NCBI RefSeq assembly: GCF_006345805.1
Contig: NC_043000.1
Location: 89,776,001-89,840,000 of the forward strand
Origin: Octopus sinensis
Lineage: Eukaryota
Reading direction: 5' to 3'
Length of the DNA stretch: 64,000 bases
The translations under genes and the position numbers were made by a program. The notes below the pieces were generated by a model. That model was not told the origin of the DNA. It saw only the letters and a program-made list of their open reading frames with translations, and did not search any database. How positions within the stretch are numbered: the first letter of the stretch is position 1; each line of letters starts with the position of its first letter. Positions 1 through 13,169 of the stretch are shown here, one piece after another.

Positions 1-122
1 ATTATCATTATTACTATTATTATTATTATTATTATTATAATTATCATTATTATATTATTATTATTATATTATTACTATTATTATTATTATTATTATTACT
101 ATTATTATTATTATTATTATTA

Positions 123-170
<48 letters not shown>

Positions 171-196
171 TATTATATTATTATTATTATATTATA

Positions 197-227
<31 letters not shown>

Positions 228-454
228 TATTATTATTATTATTATACTATTATCATTATTATATTATTATTATTATTATTATTATCATTATTGTTATTGT
301 TATTACTATTATTATTACTATTTTCATATACACTCAACATATTAGACTCTTAGAAAAGGAAAGAATCCTAATATCGGGCTACAAGCAGGCTTAGATGCCA
401 TGAGCCCTCCTAAGTATCCTAGCTGTCTCTATATTATTATTATCATCATTATTA

Positions 455-547
<93 letters not shown>

Positions 548-625
548 CACTACTACTACAACTATTAAAACAACTACTACTGCTGCTGCTACAGTTATTG
601 TTATTGTTGTTGTTCTTGTTGTTGT
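1..625. repeat. (ATT)n/(ACT)n/(GTT)n microsatellite block, representative of the many simple repeats in the window
   Basis: Direct trinucleotide repeats; source of the poly-I/L/N ORFs. Confidence 0.98.
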
Positions 626-820
626 TAAAACGGTGAGCTGTCAGAATCGTTAGCACGCCGGGCAAAATGCTTGCCTGCATTTCGTTCAAATTCCGCCGAG
701 GTATTTTGCCCTTCATCCTTTCGGATTCGATGAATTAAGTACCAGTGAATCGCTGGGGTCGATATAATCGACTAGTCCCCTTTCTCAAAATTTCAGGAGT
801 TGTGCTTTTAGTAGAAAGGG
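626..820 (+). mobile_element. tRNA-derived SINE, family 1 (GGCGAGCTGGCAGAA head)
   Basis: Head GGTGAGCTGTCAGAATCGTTAGCACGCCGGGC, B-box GTTCAAATTCC, tail ...TAGTAGAAAGG; many copies in window. Confidence 0.85.
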
Positions 821-1097
821 CAATTGTTAAGAGCAATAGGTTCGAAGAATCATGAGAAATGCCTTGCAATCCTTTACGCTTTCTGTTCAAATCATGCCGT
901 GGTAAGCTTTGCTTTTCACCCTTTCGGAACCTGTCAAATGTACACCAGTCATGTACATGGGTCGCTAGTACCAATTACCACCCGCCCCTTAAAATTGCTG
1001 GCCTTCTGCATAAAATAGAAACAGCTATTATCATAGTTGTCGTATTCGGGAAAAATACACACATATACACACACACACACACATACACCCACACACG

Positions 1098-1139
<42 letters not shown>

Positions 1140-1295
1140 TATACCGGCATGTATGACGTAGGTATGTCTGCATACACAAGCCGACTTAAATATACACATA
1201 TGTATACATATAAATATATATAAGTGTATTTATTCACCTATTGAAATATATATGTGTATATATATGTATATATATATGTATATATATGTATATAT

Positions 1296-1355
<60 letters not shown>

Positions 1356-1559
1356 TATCCCCCACACCCCTACCGCCACACCACACACCACCACACCATA
1401 CACCACCACACCTCTCCACATACACACACACTCTCAGATACAAATCGCACACGCACCTTCGTTTTTGGATCACCAGTACTTTATTATCTCCCCTTCTTCC
1501 TAGCTCTCCCATATCAAACTATTTTTCCCAATCAGTTGCGATGATTGATCGCTAAATCC

Positions 1560-1722
1560 ACAAGCATTTTATTCGCTCTCTGTTTATTTTCTCACATTCC
1601 TTTCTTTTGAAGAGCATGGGTTCGAAACGTAAAAACGTTCTCACTTTCCCGAGCGTCAAACTAATACATCTGCTTATTGTTCATACACCTGTCTTCGTCT
1701 TTCGTTTTTCTGTAAATTTCAA
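1560..1722 (+). mobile_element. Hammerhead-bearing repeat family A, degenerate copy abutting (TA)n
   Basis: Matches reverse complement of 21246-21437 and 43719-43852; CTTTTGA-A-GAGC-ATGG-GTTC-GAAACGTA at 1604-1631. Confidence 0.7.
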
Positions 1723-1762
1723 CTATATATATATATAAGTATATATGTATATGTATGTATAT

Positions 1763-1809
<47 letters not shown>

Positions 1810-2074
1810 TATATGTATGTATGTATGTATGTATGCATGTATGTATGTATGTATATATCGCATCATCCCATAAATAATGCAGTTTTTTTATACTTATTTT
1901 ATTTTTAAAAGTTAAGATGAACAAAGTTTATTTTAAATTTAAAATATCCTCTCCTACATTTTGTACATCTTGTACATTTTGTACTCTTCCATCTCCCATC
2001 CGGTAGACGTGCAAGGCCCCTCTTCCAAAATTTACTTGTTCGTGACAAAAAATACTCCCCAAACACACACACAC

Positions 2075-2125
<51 letters not shown>

Positions 2126-2134
2126 ATATATAGA

Positions 2135-2207
<73 letters not shown>

Positions 2208-2263
2208 ATCCTTTTGGATTAACTGGTGCTAGAGTGAGCAATATAGTGACCACTCTCTATATT

Positions 2264-2302
<39 letters not shown>

Positions 2303-2328
2303 GCGTATGTATATACATGTATACCGAC

Positions 2329-2421
<93 letters not shown>

Positions 2422-2731
2422 TTGACTTATCTCCGTTTGATCGCTGTAGAATTTTTTTAAGTTTAATTTTTAATGCATGGCATATGTTTGATTATATAAA
2501 TGAATTTGTATATACGGCTGCATGTAGGAGCGTGTATATATAAAACACATACACACAAAATAACGAGTGTAATTATACGCAATATAAAACCCAAAAAGTA
2601 AAATTCAATTGTCACAAAGACATACATATATATATATATATATGTATTTATGTATGTATGTAGTTATACATATATATATAATATATATATATATACATAT
2701 ATATGTATATATATATATATTATATAATATA

Positions 2732-2786
<55 letters not shown>

Positions 2787-2891
2787 ACGTATAAATATAC
2801 ATATATGTTCATATATATATATTATTATATATATATAATATATTATATATATATATATATATATTATATAACGTATAAATATACATATATG

Positions 2892-2923
<32 letters not shown>

Positions 2924-2931
<8 letters not shown>

Positions 2932-3084
2932 GCAATTCAGTTTATGGTCGGTCATAAACCGACGAATGGTTTCTCATTCACAATGGGCTTCTTAGCCACG
3001 CTGACGTCACCACGGCTTAGGCCTTTGTAGATGCGAAACCATTGGTCACTCTATGACTGGAAATAAACTGAATTTCTTTTAATA
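2924..3084. repeat. 161-bp imperfect palindrome (fold-back/MITE-like)
   Basis: Arms TATTAAAAG/CTTTTAATA, AATTCAGTTTAT/ATAAACTGAATT, GTCATA/TATGAC, AATGGTTTC/GAAACCATT; centre TGACGTCA. Confidence 0.85.
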
Positions 3085-3139
3085 CAATACTGCTCTCTGT
3101 TTTAAAGTCAGCTTCATTTTCGGATATATGTTACACTGA

Positions 3140-3207
<68 letters not shown>

Positions 3208-3249
3208 TAGATACAGATATATATATATTATTTATTTATTTATTTAATT

Positions 3250-3420
3250 ATTTATATAAATAACGATAAGATCGTTACTTAAATATCGATCTTATCAAGC
3301 CGCCAGCATGGGAATAAAAACCTTCGAAGGTAATAATTATTATTAAAATTATAATTTAGCGTCTCTACGAAATACCACCACGCTGGAAATAGGAGCCAAA
3401 CTTGACTCGAAAACACATTA
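3250..3420. repeat. Unclassified interspersed repeat, second copy at about 33950-34120
   Basis: Shared CTTATCAAG..GCCAGCATGGGAATAAA..AAGGTAATAATT and CACCAC..GAAATAG motifs in both copies. Confidence 0.55.
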
Positions 3421-3487
3421 AATGTCCATACAGCACCATATATATATATATATATATAATATATATATATATATATAGAATATATAT

Positions 3488-3529
<42 letters not shown>

Positions 3530-3580
3530 ATATATATATATATAATATAATATATATATATATATATTATATGTATATAT

Positions 3581-3612
<32 letters not shown>

Positions 3613-3637
3613 GCTATATATATATATATGATGTATA

Positions 3638-3668
<31 letters not shown>

Positions 3669-5132
3669 ATATATATGTTATAAATATATACATATATATA
3701 ATACATATATATATATATAGACATATAGATATATTATATATGTTGAATATACATGTATATAAGTATGTATAATGTATGCATATATATATGCATATGAATT
3801 AATGTTTATATAATACATATAACTACAATCGTTTCCATCTACATGGGGTTGTTATTTTCAAGTATAATATATTATTCCAGGTTTTACTTTCGTATATCAA
3901 TGTTGTGTGATAACTGAACACTGCAATGGGTTAAACAACTCGATAATCTTACCCCTATTGCACACTTTTATTTAAATTAAAAGATGAAGTAAATATAGTT
4001 ATATATGCTTTGCATGCATCTATGTATACGATTTATACAATTTTATATATATCCATATAATTATAAGTAATATTGTGCATCAAGAAAATATTTATATTAA
4101 CCCTTTGTTTGTATTGCCTGTGATACACAGGACTTCCCTAGCATCCATGTACCAAATATATATCGCATCCCTAATTTTTACTGCCTTTTTTTTTTCAACT
4201 ATCAGAGTAACTTGGGACTTCTGAATTGAAGGCTTTATATTACACAGAACGTATGAAACAAGGGCTAACTATTTCTTTGAAAACAAGCATGGACCTTAAG
4301 ACAAACTTATGAACCCATTGGTCATGTAAAGGGCTAGTGGGTATAAGGCATTTGAAGTTAGAGATAAGAAGTTTGGGAGTGTATATGCGATCAAGAATGC
4401 AAGATGCCAGCTGTGCTTAACGTTTGAAGTATAACTGAAGAAAGGTAACTTCATTTTAATTGATACAGTGCTTACAAATGATGTATGAAATTTTATAAGA
4501 ATTCATGTGTCTTAATAGTTTTGTATAACTTATGTTTAATAAACTGTAACGGCAACCATAAAGAAAGTTCAAAAGAATTAAATTATGATAATAATAATAA
4601 CGTTAATAATAATAATTATTATTATTATTATTATCATTATGATAATAAAATTGTAGTTAGTAGTAGTAGTAGTAGTAGTAGTGGGGTGGTGTTGTGGTGG
4701 TGTGGTGGTGGTGGTGGTGGTGGTGTAGTAGTAGTAGTAAGTAGTAGTAGTAGTAGTAGTAGTAGTTGTGGTGGTGGTGTGTGGTGGTGGTGGTGGTAAG
4801 TAGTATAGTAGTAGTTAGTAGTAGTAGTAGTAGTAGTAGTAGTTATGATAGTATTAAAAATTTTATGAGCACATTGATATCAACGATAATACGAATACTG
4901 GATACAAGAGTGATACATTTAAAATTGTCAATACAAACGTTGGCGGCTCCACCTTCTATTGCTATTCACAGATAGATAGAGTGGCAATGATTATAACCAA
5001 GTGATAGTTGTACAATTAGTACCATATATATACATGTAGGTGTACATATATATGCAGAGAGGTAGGGGGTAGAGGGGGAGAGAGAGAGACAGATAAACAG
5101 ATAGATAAATAGATAGATAGATAGATAGATAT

Positions 5133-5192
<60 letters not shown>

Positions 5193-5198
5193 GTAGTA

Positions 5199-5269
<71 letters not shown>

Positions 5270-5362
5270 TGTATATAAGTATATATGCTTCATATATAAT
5301 CAATTTGTATATATGTATGCATGTATGTATGCATTAGAAATATATATATATATGTATACATA

Positions 5363-5399
<37 letters not shown>

Positions 5400-5434
5400 A
5401 TATATATATATGTATATATATATATGTATTATAG

Positions 5435-5486
<52 letters not shown>

Positions 5487-6073
5487 CCATATATATATGT
5501 ATGTATCTATATGTATGTATGATATATATAATATATATGTATGTATGTATAATATTTATATGTGTGCATATATATGTGCGTGTATGTATACACGTTGTGT
5601 GTGCGTATTTATGTCAGTATTTATAACGCACAAACGCGCGCGCACACGCACATACATACATGCATACACACACGCATACGCACAAGCCACATACATTATG
5701 TTTATATATAATACATATATATATATATATTCATATATAATATATATAAATATATATACATATATATATATAAATGTATATATACATATATGCATATATA
5801 TATATATAAATATATGCATATGTATGTAGTATTTATCTCTCTCTATATATATATGTGTGTGTGTGTATGACAGAAATAGAGACAAAGATATGCAGACTGA
5901 AGATGTATGCATGTGTGTTTTTATATGCATATACATACTTCTGTTAATGTGTGTGCATTTACGTGTGTATAAATATATATTTTACATGTATGTATGTATG
6001 TATGTATGTATGTATGTATGTATACGCATTTGTACAATTTTATATACATAAATGTGGTTAGTATTTGCGAATG

Positions 6074-6119
<46 letters not shown>

Positions 6120-6223
6120 TAAATATAAAAAATGTATATATACGTATACACACATATCTATATACAGATATATATATATGTGTGTATGTGTGTATACATG
6201 TATATATATATATAGTATGTACA

Positions 6224-6271
<48 letters not shown>

Positions 6272-6900
6272 TATATTATATATATATATCTATGTATGTA
6301 TGTGTGTGTGTATTTATTTGTGTCTCGGCGATTAAATCTATATCAATTTATAGTATGTAAGACTTTCCCTTCGTGTAACAGAAATGTGTAACAACCATAT
6401 TGTGAAGACATTTCTTTTGAAATGGGATACTCCATTGATATGTTCAACGAACTCTCCCTAACGGATACATTTTTCTCCGATTTAAAGAGACAAATTGTAT
6501 GATACATAACAAAGTTTGACTAGGGCATAACACAACAAAAATCTGCTATCTTGTGTTACCTACGTAGTTTCGCAACAAAATAAAAATTATTACGTGTTGC
6601 ATTCAGGTTTTTACTTAGTTTGAAGGATGACAATGGAAAATTGGCAAATGGTGGGAAGTCAACTTTATTACAAATGCCAGACAACAACTAACGTTATGTG
6701 TGCGTGTGTAGTTGTTTGCAATTATCCATATCTGTCTTATTATCAAACTATTATATCTCTCACTCACTCCTCTCTCTGTCGTTCTCACTCTCTTCATGTA
6801 CATAAGTATACATAAATCTTTATAGCTATACATGCATATATACGCCACTCTAAACAATCTATACATATATAGATGTACATACATATATAGATGTACATAC

Positions 6901-6931
<31 letters not shown>

Positions 6932-7152
6932 ATATATATATACACATAAATATATATATATATATGTATATATATATTATATATATGTATATATATATAT
7001 GTATATATATACATATATATACGTATATAATTATTATATATATATATGTATTTATATAAATATAGAAACATGTGTATAAATATATGTATATAAAATATAT
7101 ATATATACTGTATGTACGTGTACATGAACATATATATATGTATATGTGTATA

Positions 7153-7194
<42 letters not shown>

Positions 7195-7873
7195 ACGTTT
7201 AACTTCTTGTTTCATGTCATTGGACTATGCCCATCTGGAAAACCGTCAACAAATCGATTCCTTTTAAGTCTGGTACTTATTCTATATTATTACTGTTGTT
7301 GTTGTTGTTGTTGTTGTTGTGTGTGTGTGTGTGTCTGTGTGTGTGTGTGTGTCTGTGTGTGTGTGTCTGTGTGTGTATACTAGGGCACCTGCTCTTAGTG
7401 TTCAGGGAAACCTCGGACAGTGGGGTTCCTCGATTATCCCTAGAGGTCATCCTGTCTCAGGAGGGTTACATCTCTATTAACATTCTACTTTTCTTTTATT
7501 CATTTATATATTTATTTTGCTACTTATTTAATTATTGTATCATTTCATTGTATCTATGCCCCATACTTTATGTCTGTCTTTGTATTGTCCCCTCATCTTT
7601 CGCCCTGGTGGCAAATAAATGAAATTATTATTTCTATCATCCTCCCCGCCATTTCTTTTTTTATTTTTCCCCTTTGTATGCTATGCATATATCCCTTCTT
7701 TTTCACTGTATACCGTGTATACCTACTTTTTTTCATCATCTCATTATTATACGTAAATCCCCATACTTTATGTTTGTTTTTGTATTGTCCCCTTCAGCCT
7801 TCGCCCTTGTGGCAAAAAAATGAAATCATCATCATCATCATCATCATTATTATTACTATTATTATTATTATAA

Positions 7874-8090
7874 TTAAGACGGTGAGATGGTAGTCATTAG
7901 CACACTGGACAAAATGCTTAGCGGCATTTCGTTCGTTTTAACATTCTGAGATCAAATTCCACCGAGGTCGACTTCGCCTTTTATTCTTTTTGGGTCGATA
8001 AATTAAGTTTCGGTGAAACATTGGGGTCAATGTAATCGACTACTCCCCTTCCCACAAATTTTAGGCCTTGTGCCTCCAGTAGAAAGGATT
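7874..8090 (+). mobile_element. SINE family 1
   Basis: Same head, body and tail as 626-820; flanked by (ATT)n. Confidence 0.8.
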
Positions 8091-8117
8091 TTTTTTTCAT
8101 ATGCACACTACTACTAC

Positions 8118-8171
<54 letters not shown>

Positions 8172-8241
8172 CATCATATCATCATTATTATCATCATCAT
8201 CTTCATCATCATCATCATCATCATTATCATTATCATTATTA

Positions 8242-8301
<60 letters not shown>

Positions 8302-8303
8302 TT

Positions 8304-8352
<49 letters not shown>

Positions 8353-8724
8353 TATTATTATTATTATTATCATCATTATCACATTTCCTTGGGCTAGCAG
8401 AGCAGTTAGAACGACCGGCAAAAGGCTTAGTCACATTTCATACCAGGCCACTGAGGTTCACTTTTCCTGTCATCATTTCGGGATCGATAAAATATATATC
8501 AGTCAAGTACTATAGATGACGTAATCGACATATCCTCCCCTCAAATACTGCTGCTCTGCGTCAAAATTTGGAACTATTATTATTGTTGCTGTTGTTGTTG
8601 TTATTGTTATTGTTGTCGTTGCTGTTATTGTTTTGATATTATCATTATTATTATCATTATTATCATTATTATTACTACTACTACTACTACTACTATTGTA
8701 ATTATTACTGTTATTGTTATTATT

Positions 8725-8778
<54 letters not shown>

Positions 8779-8780
<2 letters not shown>

Positions 8781-9230
8781 AGGCGACGAGCTGGCAGAAT
8801 AGTTTTCCCGCCAAGCAAGATGTTTAGCGATATTTCGTCCATCTTTACGTTCTGGGTTGAAATACCGGCGAGGTTGACTTCGCCATTCATGTTTTCTGGG
8901 TCGATAAAGTAATTAAACGATAAAGTCGCTGTAAACGACTAGCCTCTCCTTCCGAAATGACTGGCTTTGTGTCAAAATTTGAAACCGTTTTAATTATTAT
9001 TCAAAGTAGCGAACTGGCAAAATGAGTGGTGCGTCGAACAAAATGTTTAGTAACCTTTCTCCTGCACTTTACCTTTTGTGTTCAAATCCCGCCAAGACCA
9101 ACTTTGCCTTTCAGCCTTTCGGATTCAGTAGAATAAAGTATTAGTCAATCACTGGTGTTGATTATATCGACTAACCCTCCCACCACCACCTAAAATTACT
9201 GGTCTTCTGTTTAAATTAGGAGCCATTATT
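8779..9230 (+). mobile_element. Two diverged SINE family 1 copies in tandem
   Basis: TAAGGCGACGAGCTGGCAGAA and TAGCGAACTGGCAAAA heads, each with body. Confidence 0.7.
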
Positions 9231-9620
9231 ACTACGAGAATTATTATTAGTGTTGACCAGGTGAGAGTGTAAGAAGGTGAGTTTCTGAGTGCGAGTATGG
9301 GTGAGGGAGTGAGTAACCGAGTGAGAATGTAATTAAGGCGAGTAGGAAGGACAAAGGAAAAAGAAAATAGAATATGTGAATGTGGTGTGTGGATGTGATG
9401 TATATGATGTTGGCTATATTACGTCATTGCGAATATCTGGGACGTAAAGAATTCGTGATGGGAGGGGAGAACGAGGCGGGAACAGAGAGAGCGAAAGCAA
9501 AAGCAAGAAAGTAAGAAAACAAAGAAACAAAGGAAGGAACTTAAGAACATAAGAAACGCATAAACATATATACAAACAAATGAAAATTCAAGTGAAAGAA
9601 AATCTGAATTATTATGTGAT

Positions 9621-9775
9621 ACATTATTTACATTATTTACATTCGACGGATATTTATCCTCATCTTGTTTGTTGTTAACAGAATGTTTCGGCCGATATAC
9701 CCTCCAGCTTTCTTCAGGTGTCTTGGGGAAATTTCGAACCTGGGTTCTCATTCCTAAGGTATTCTTCGATGTTAC

Positions 9776-9843
<68 letters not shown>

Positions 9844-10069
9844 CATCGTCATCATCATCATTATTATTATTATTATTGTTGTTGTTGTTGTTTTGTTGTT
9901 GTTGTTGTTGTTCTTGTTCTTGTTCTTGTTCTTGTTCTTGTTGTTCAGGTCACTGCTTGGAATCGAACTCGGAATCTTGGGGTTAGTAGCCCGCGCTCTT
10001 AACCACTACGCCATATGCCCGTGGGCATAATGTAAATAAAGTACATAATTCCTCATCTCTTAAATATAG
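9621..10069 (-). mobile_element. Composite element family D: inverted terminus + tRNA-like Pol III head + (AAT)n + hammerhead
   Basis: Minus strand: A-box TGGCGTAGTGG and B-box GAGTTCGATTCC (10017-9947), microsatellite, degenerate hammerhead 9722-9678; 10029-10069 matches the opposite terminus of the 45-kb copy. Confidence 0.75.
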
Positions 10070-10138
10070 TTTACAAACATTATCTGTGCATGCATATAGA
10101 AACTTAAATCCATACATACATAGATAGCAACATATATA

Positions 10139-10514
10139 CACTTGCGTCAGAAATTAATTAGCACTTCGCAAATTTCTACATTAAATAGGTTAAATCAATT
10201 AACCTATGAGCTGTTCAAAACGTCTTACGCGATGAGAAAACTTAGTATGGTGTGATTTCGGTCCTTGCGAGGCGCTACCTATATCTATTAAACAAAGGAA
10301 GTTTGTCTGCATCCGCACTCCAAGTTGGTGTTGCACTGCTATGTCAACATCATAAGGCTGTAGACTCTCAAACTGCTCTGCAAACAAAGTTACGTCATCG
10401 TTCTGCGCAACAGTGAACTCGCAACAAAGCAATAGTTCGAGATATGGCCACTAGGTGACAGCACATACCTTGAGTGAAGAGCAAATCAAGGGTGCTAATT
10501 AATTTCTGACGGTA

Positions 10515-10517
<3 letters not shown>
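10139..10517. mobile_element. Tc1/mariner-type MITE
   Basis: ~26-bp TIRs CACTTGCGTCAGAAATTAATTAGCAC / GTGCTAATTAATTTCTGACGGTAGTG, TA on both sides. Confidence 0.85.
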
Positions 10518-10551
<34 letters not shown>

Positions 10552-11029
10552 GCGGCCGATGCTGGCAGTGTGGCAGCTGTCGCCAGTCGCACCGCGTAGG
10601 CGACGTGGTCGATACTGCGATGCGGTTCGTCCGGCAAATAATCAGCAGCGCCACGCAGAAACAGCCTCGCTCTAGGTGACCGTCGCACCCCAAGGTGATC
10701 CGGACAACTGTAAGGGGTACGAACCGGTCACACACTACACAAAAGACAGCCACACTACAACTAAATTCTTCCTACAACAGCAAGTGACACAAAGGTCACT
10801 CACATATACACATATAAACAGCCAAAACCACACACACACACACACACAACTCATACATACACATACGCACACACGCCTGCTATTACACACACACTCACAC
10901 ACAGAGACCTGTGCGCAGGCACATACTCACACATACACACACATACTTCTTTCTCTTACACTTTCCTGTGTTAGAAAGAAGTTTTTTTCACCTATTCCCT
11001 TCCGGTCATTTCAAAATGTAGCCACATGT

Positions 11030-11215
11030 GAGCCGTTGGCTATTTTCTTCCTCCATCTTCCCTTCTTTTGGACTTTCCTCTATTTCCGAAGAAGAGCGTC
11101 TGCTTGAAATATTAAACCATCATTCTTTCCTTTTCTGAGCGTCTGCTAATACATTACATGTACCACATCCTCGCGTTGCTGTTGTTTTTTTGTGTTTGTT
11201 CCTTTTTGGATTTAC
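11030..11215 (+). mobile_element. Repeat family B with degenerate minimal hammerhead, abutting (TA)n
   Basis: CCGAAGA-A-GAGC-GTCT-GCTT-GAAATATT at 11086-11113. Confidence 0.5.
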
Positions 11216-11239
11216 TATATATATATATATATCATACGA

Positions 11240-11630
11240 TGATATGTTAACCTCGTGAAAAGATGGCTGTATCCAAGGAAATGTTGGTTGAATACCTAGT
11301 ATTGTTGGGGAATGAAATTCCCTTAAAACAATAGGTATATATTCAGTATGTAGTTTATATTCAGTTAAAAGAAAAAAGGAAAATGGAGTTAAGGAAGTTA
11401 ACACTTATTTATTATTAACAAGTTGGTCATCTTCGCTTCTTACAGCCGTTTCAATTAATACTCAATTATTTAATTACAAATTTGTACATTAAATTTGCAT
11501 TTATGGGACATTAGCATAATTTAATCAGAGAAAAAATAAAATTATTGAGTATTAATTGAAACGGCTGTAAGAAGCGAAGATGACCAATTTGTTAATAATA
11601 AATAATTGTTAACTTCCTTATTTCCATTTT
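11240..11630 (-). mobile_element. Hammerhead-bearing repeat family E with terminal inverted duplication
   Basis: 11240-11535 aligns to 61150-61445; 11544-11630 is an inverted copy of 11380-11466. Confidence 0.8.
11436..11533 (-). ncRNA. Type I hammerhead motif with long helix II, core mutated (CUGAUUA)
   Basis: TTTCT-CTGATTA-[AATTATGCT...AGTATTAATT]-GAA-ACGGCTGT-A-AGAAG on the minus strand. Confidence 0.65.
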
Positions 11631-11928
11631 CTTTGCTTTTAACTATATATCTATTCTTTTATATGTTTGTTTCAGCCTCGTGGCTGTGGCTATACATACA
11701 TACATACATACATACATACATACATACATACATACATACATACATACATACATACATACATACATACATACATACATGCATACATACATACATACATACA
11801 TACATACATACATACATACATACATACATACATACATTCATACAAAAGTTTGCATGCAGACATGCACAAGGACATTCACACATACAAGTAGTATTCTCAG
11901 ATATTTACTCAATATAACCTAATAATCT

Positions 11929-11974
<46 letters not shown>

Positions 11975-12105
11975 TACCATATCTAAAATGGGTTGAAATA
12001 TATAACTCTAAAATATCGACCAATTATTTCATATGGATACTCTACAGGACAACTACCAATTCAAGTTAAATTAAAAAATGCACCAACTAAAAATCAAAAA
12101 CAAAA

Positions 12106-12227
<122 letters not shown>

Positions 12228-12564
12228 GGGGGAGTCAGTAACTTCCAAGGGAGCGCAAGCCCTTGAGAAAAAGCAGGAATTTTTCTAATTATATTTGTTA
12301 TTCTCTTAACGAGAACATGATCAAATAATGAGAAGTTTATGAAAAATTGCAAAAGTATCGCCTAAAACCTTTAGTTATCTTATTCTACTATCTTAGTGCC
12401 GCTTACCATTTTCTGTACATACCATTACCATTTTCCCCTTGATATCCCTCAAAACCTACACAAATTTTCAATTTTAGCTTTAACATTTGCCTCTATTTTG
12501 TAATTTTTTCTTTGTTTTTTTTGTTTTTTTTTTGTTACAACCAGACTCAGGTTAAGAACCACTG
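12228..12564. mobile_element. Truncated hAT-type MITE, one end only
   Basis: Ends in GTTAAGAACCACTG, the reverse complement of the hAT-type TIR CAGTGGTTCTTAAC. Confidence 0.5.
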
Positions 12565-13169
12565 GTATAAAGCTAAGGTATTATTATAGTGTAGAGACAA
12601 AATTCCTTTTCAGTTAAATTTATTATAAATAAGTTTGATCCACAGTTTTCATATATAGGAAATATGTGATTCTTAAAAATCAAGAGACATACTGAAACAT
12701 AATCAAATCATTATAGTAACATACTAAGAAATATTAACTTAATTTTAAAAATTTAATACTATTTTTAAATTTTAGCAAGATGAAAAGCATTATTTAAAAA
12801 TAGGAAATAAAACAAAATGTATGTAATAGATCTTACTATTGCTCAATTTAATAAAGTCTCAAAAAAATTAAAACACATATTGGAAAAATAAAACATTTTA
12901 ACAATAAAACCAAAATTTTTAATATTAAATATTTATGTTAAAAATATAGTAACCTTTTTTGTAAGAAAAAAAATAATATAAAGCCAAATGTTAAACTAAA
13001 TTTCAGATTTAAATATTACTGAAAGTATTAGCTAAAACTAAAAGCTGTGCAAAATCTTTTCTTTTTAAAGCACTTTTCTTTTTATTTTCGTACAAATAAA
13101 TACAATATTTTATTGTACAAATTTTTTGTGTAACTTTACTCCAATCTTTTTGTTTTAATTTATTTCAGA

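Noticed and set aside
4205-4443. Acceptor-donor bounded segment
   Set aside because: Early stops in all frames and no independent support.
9947-10017. tRNA gene (also 56175-56250 and 61915-61975)
   Set aside because: A and B boxes present but acceptor and anticodon stems do not pair properly; these are SINE heads.
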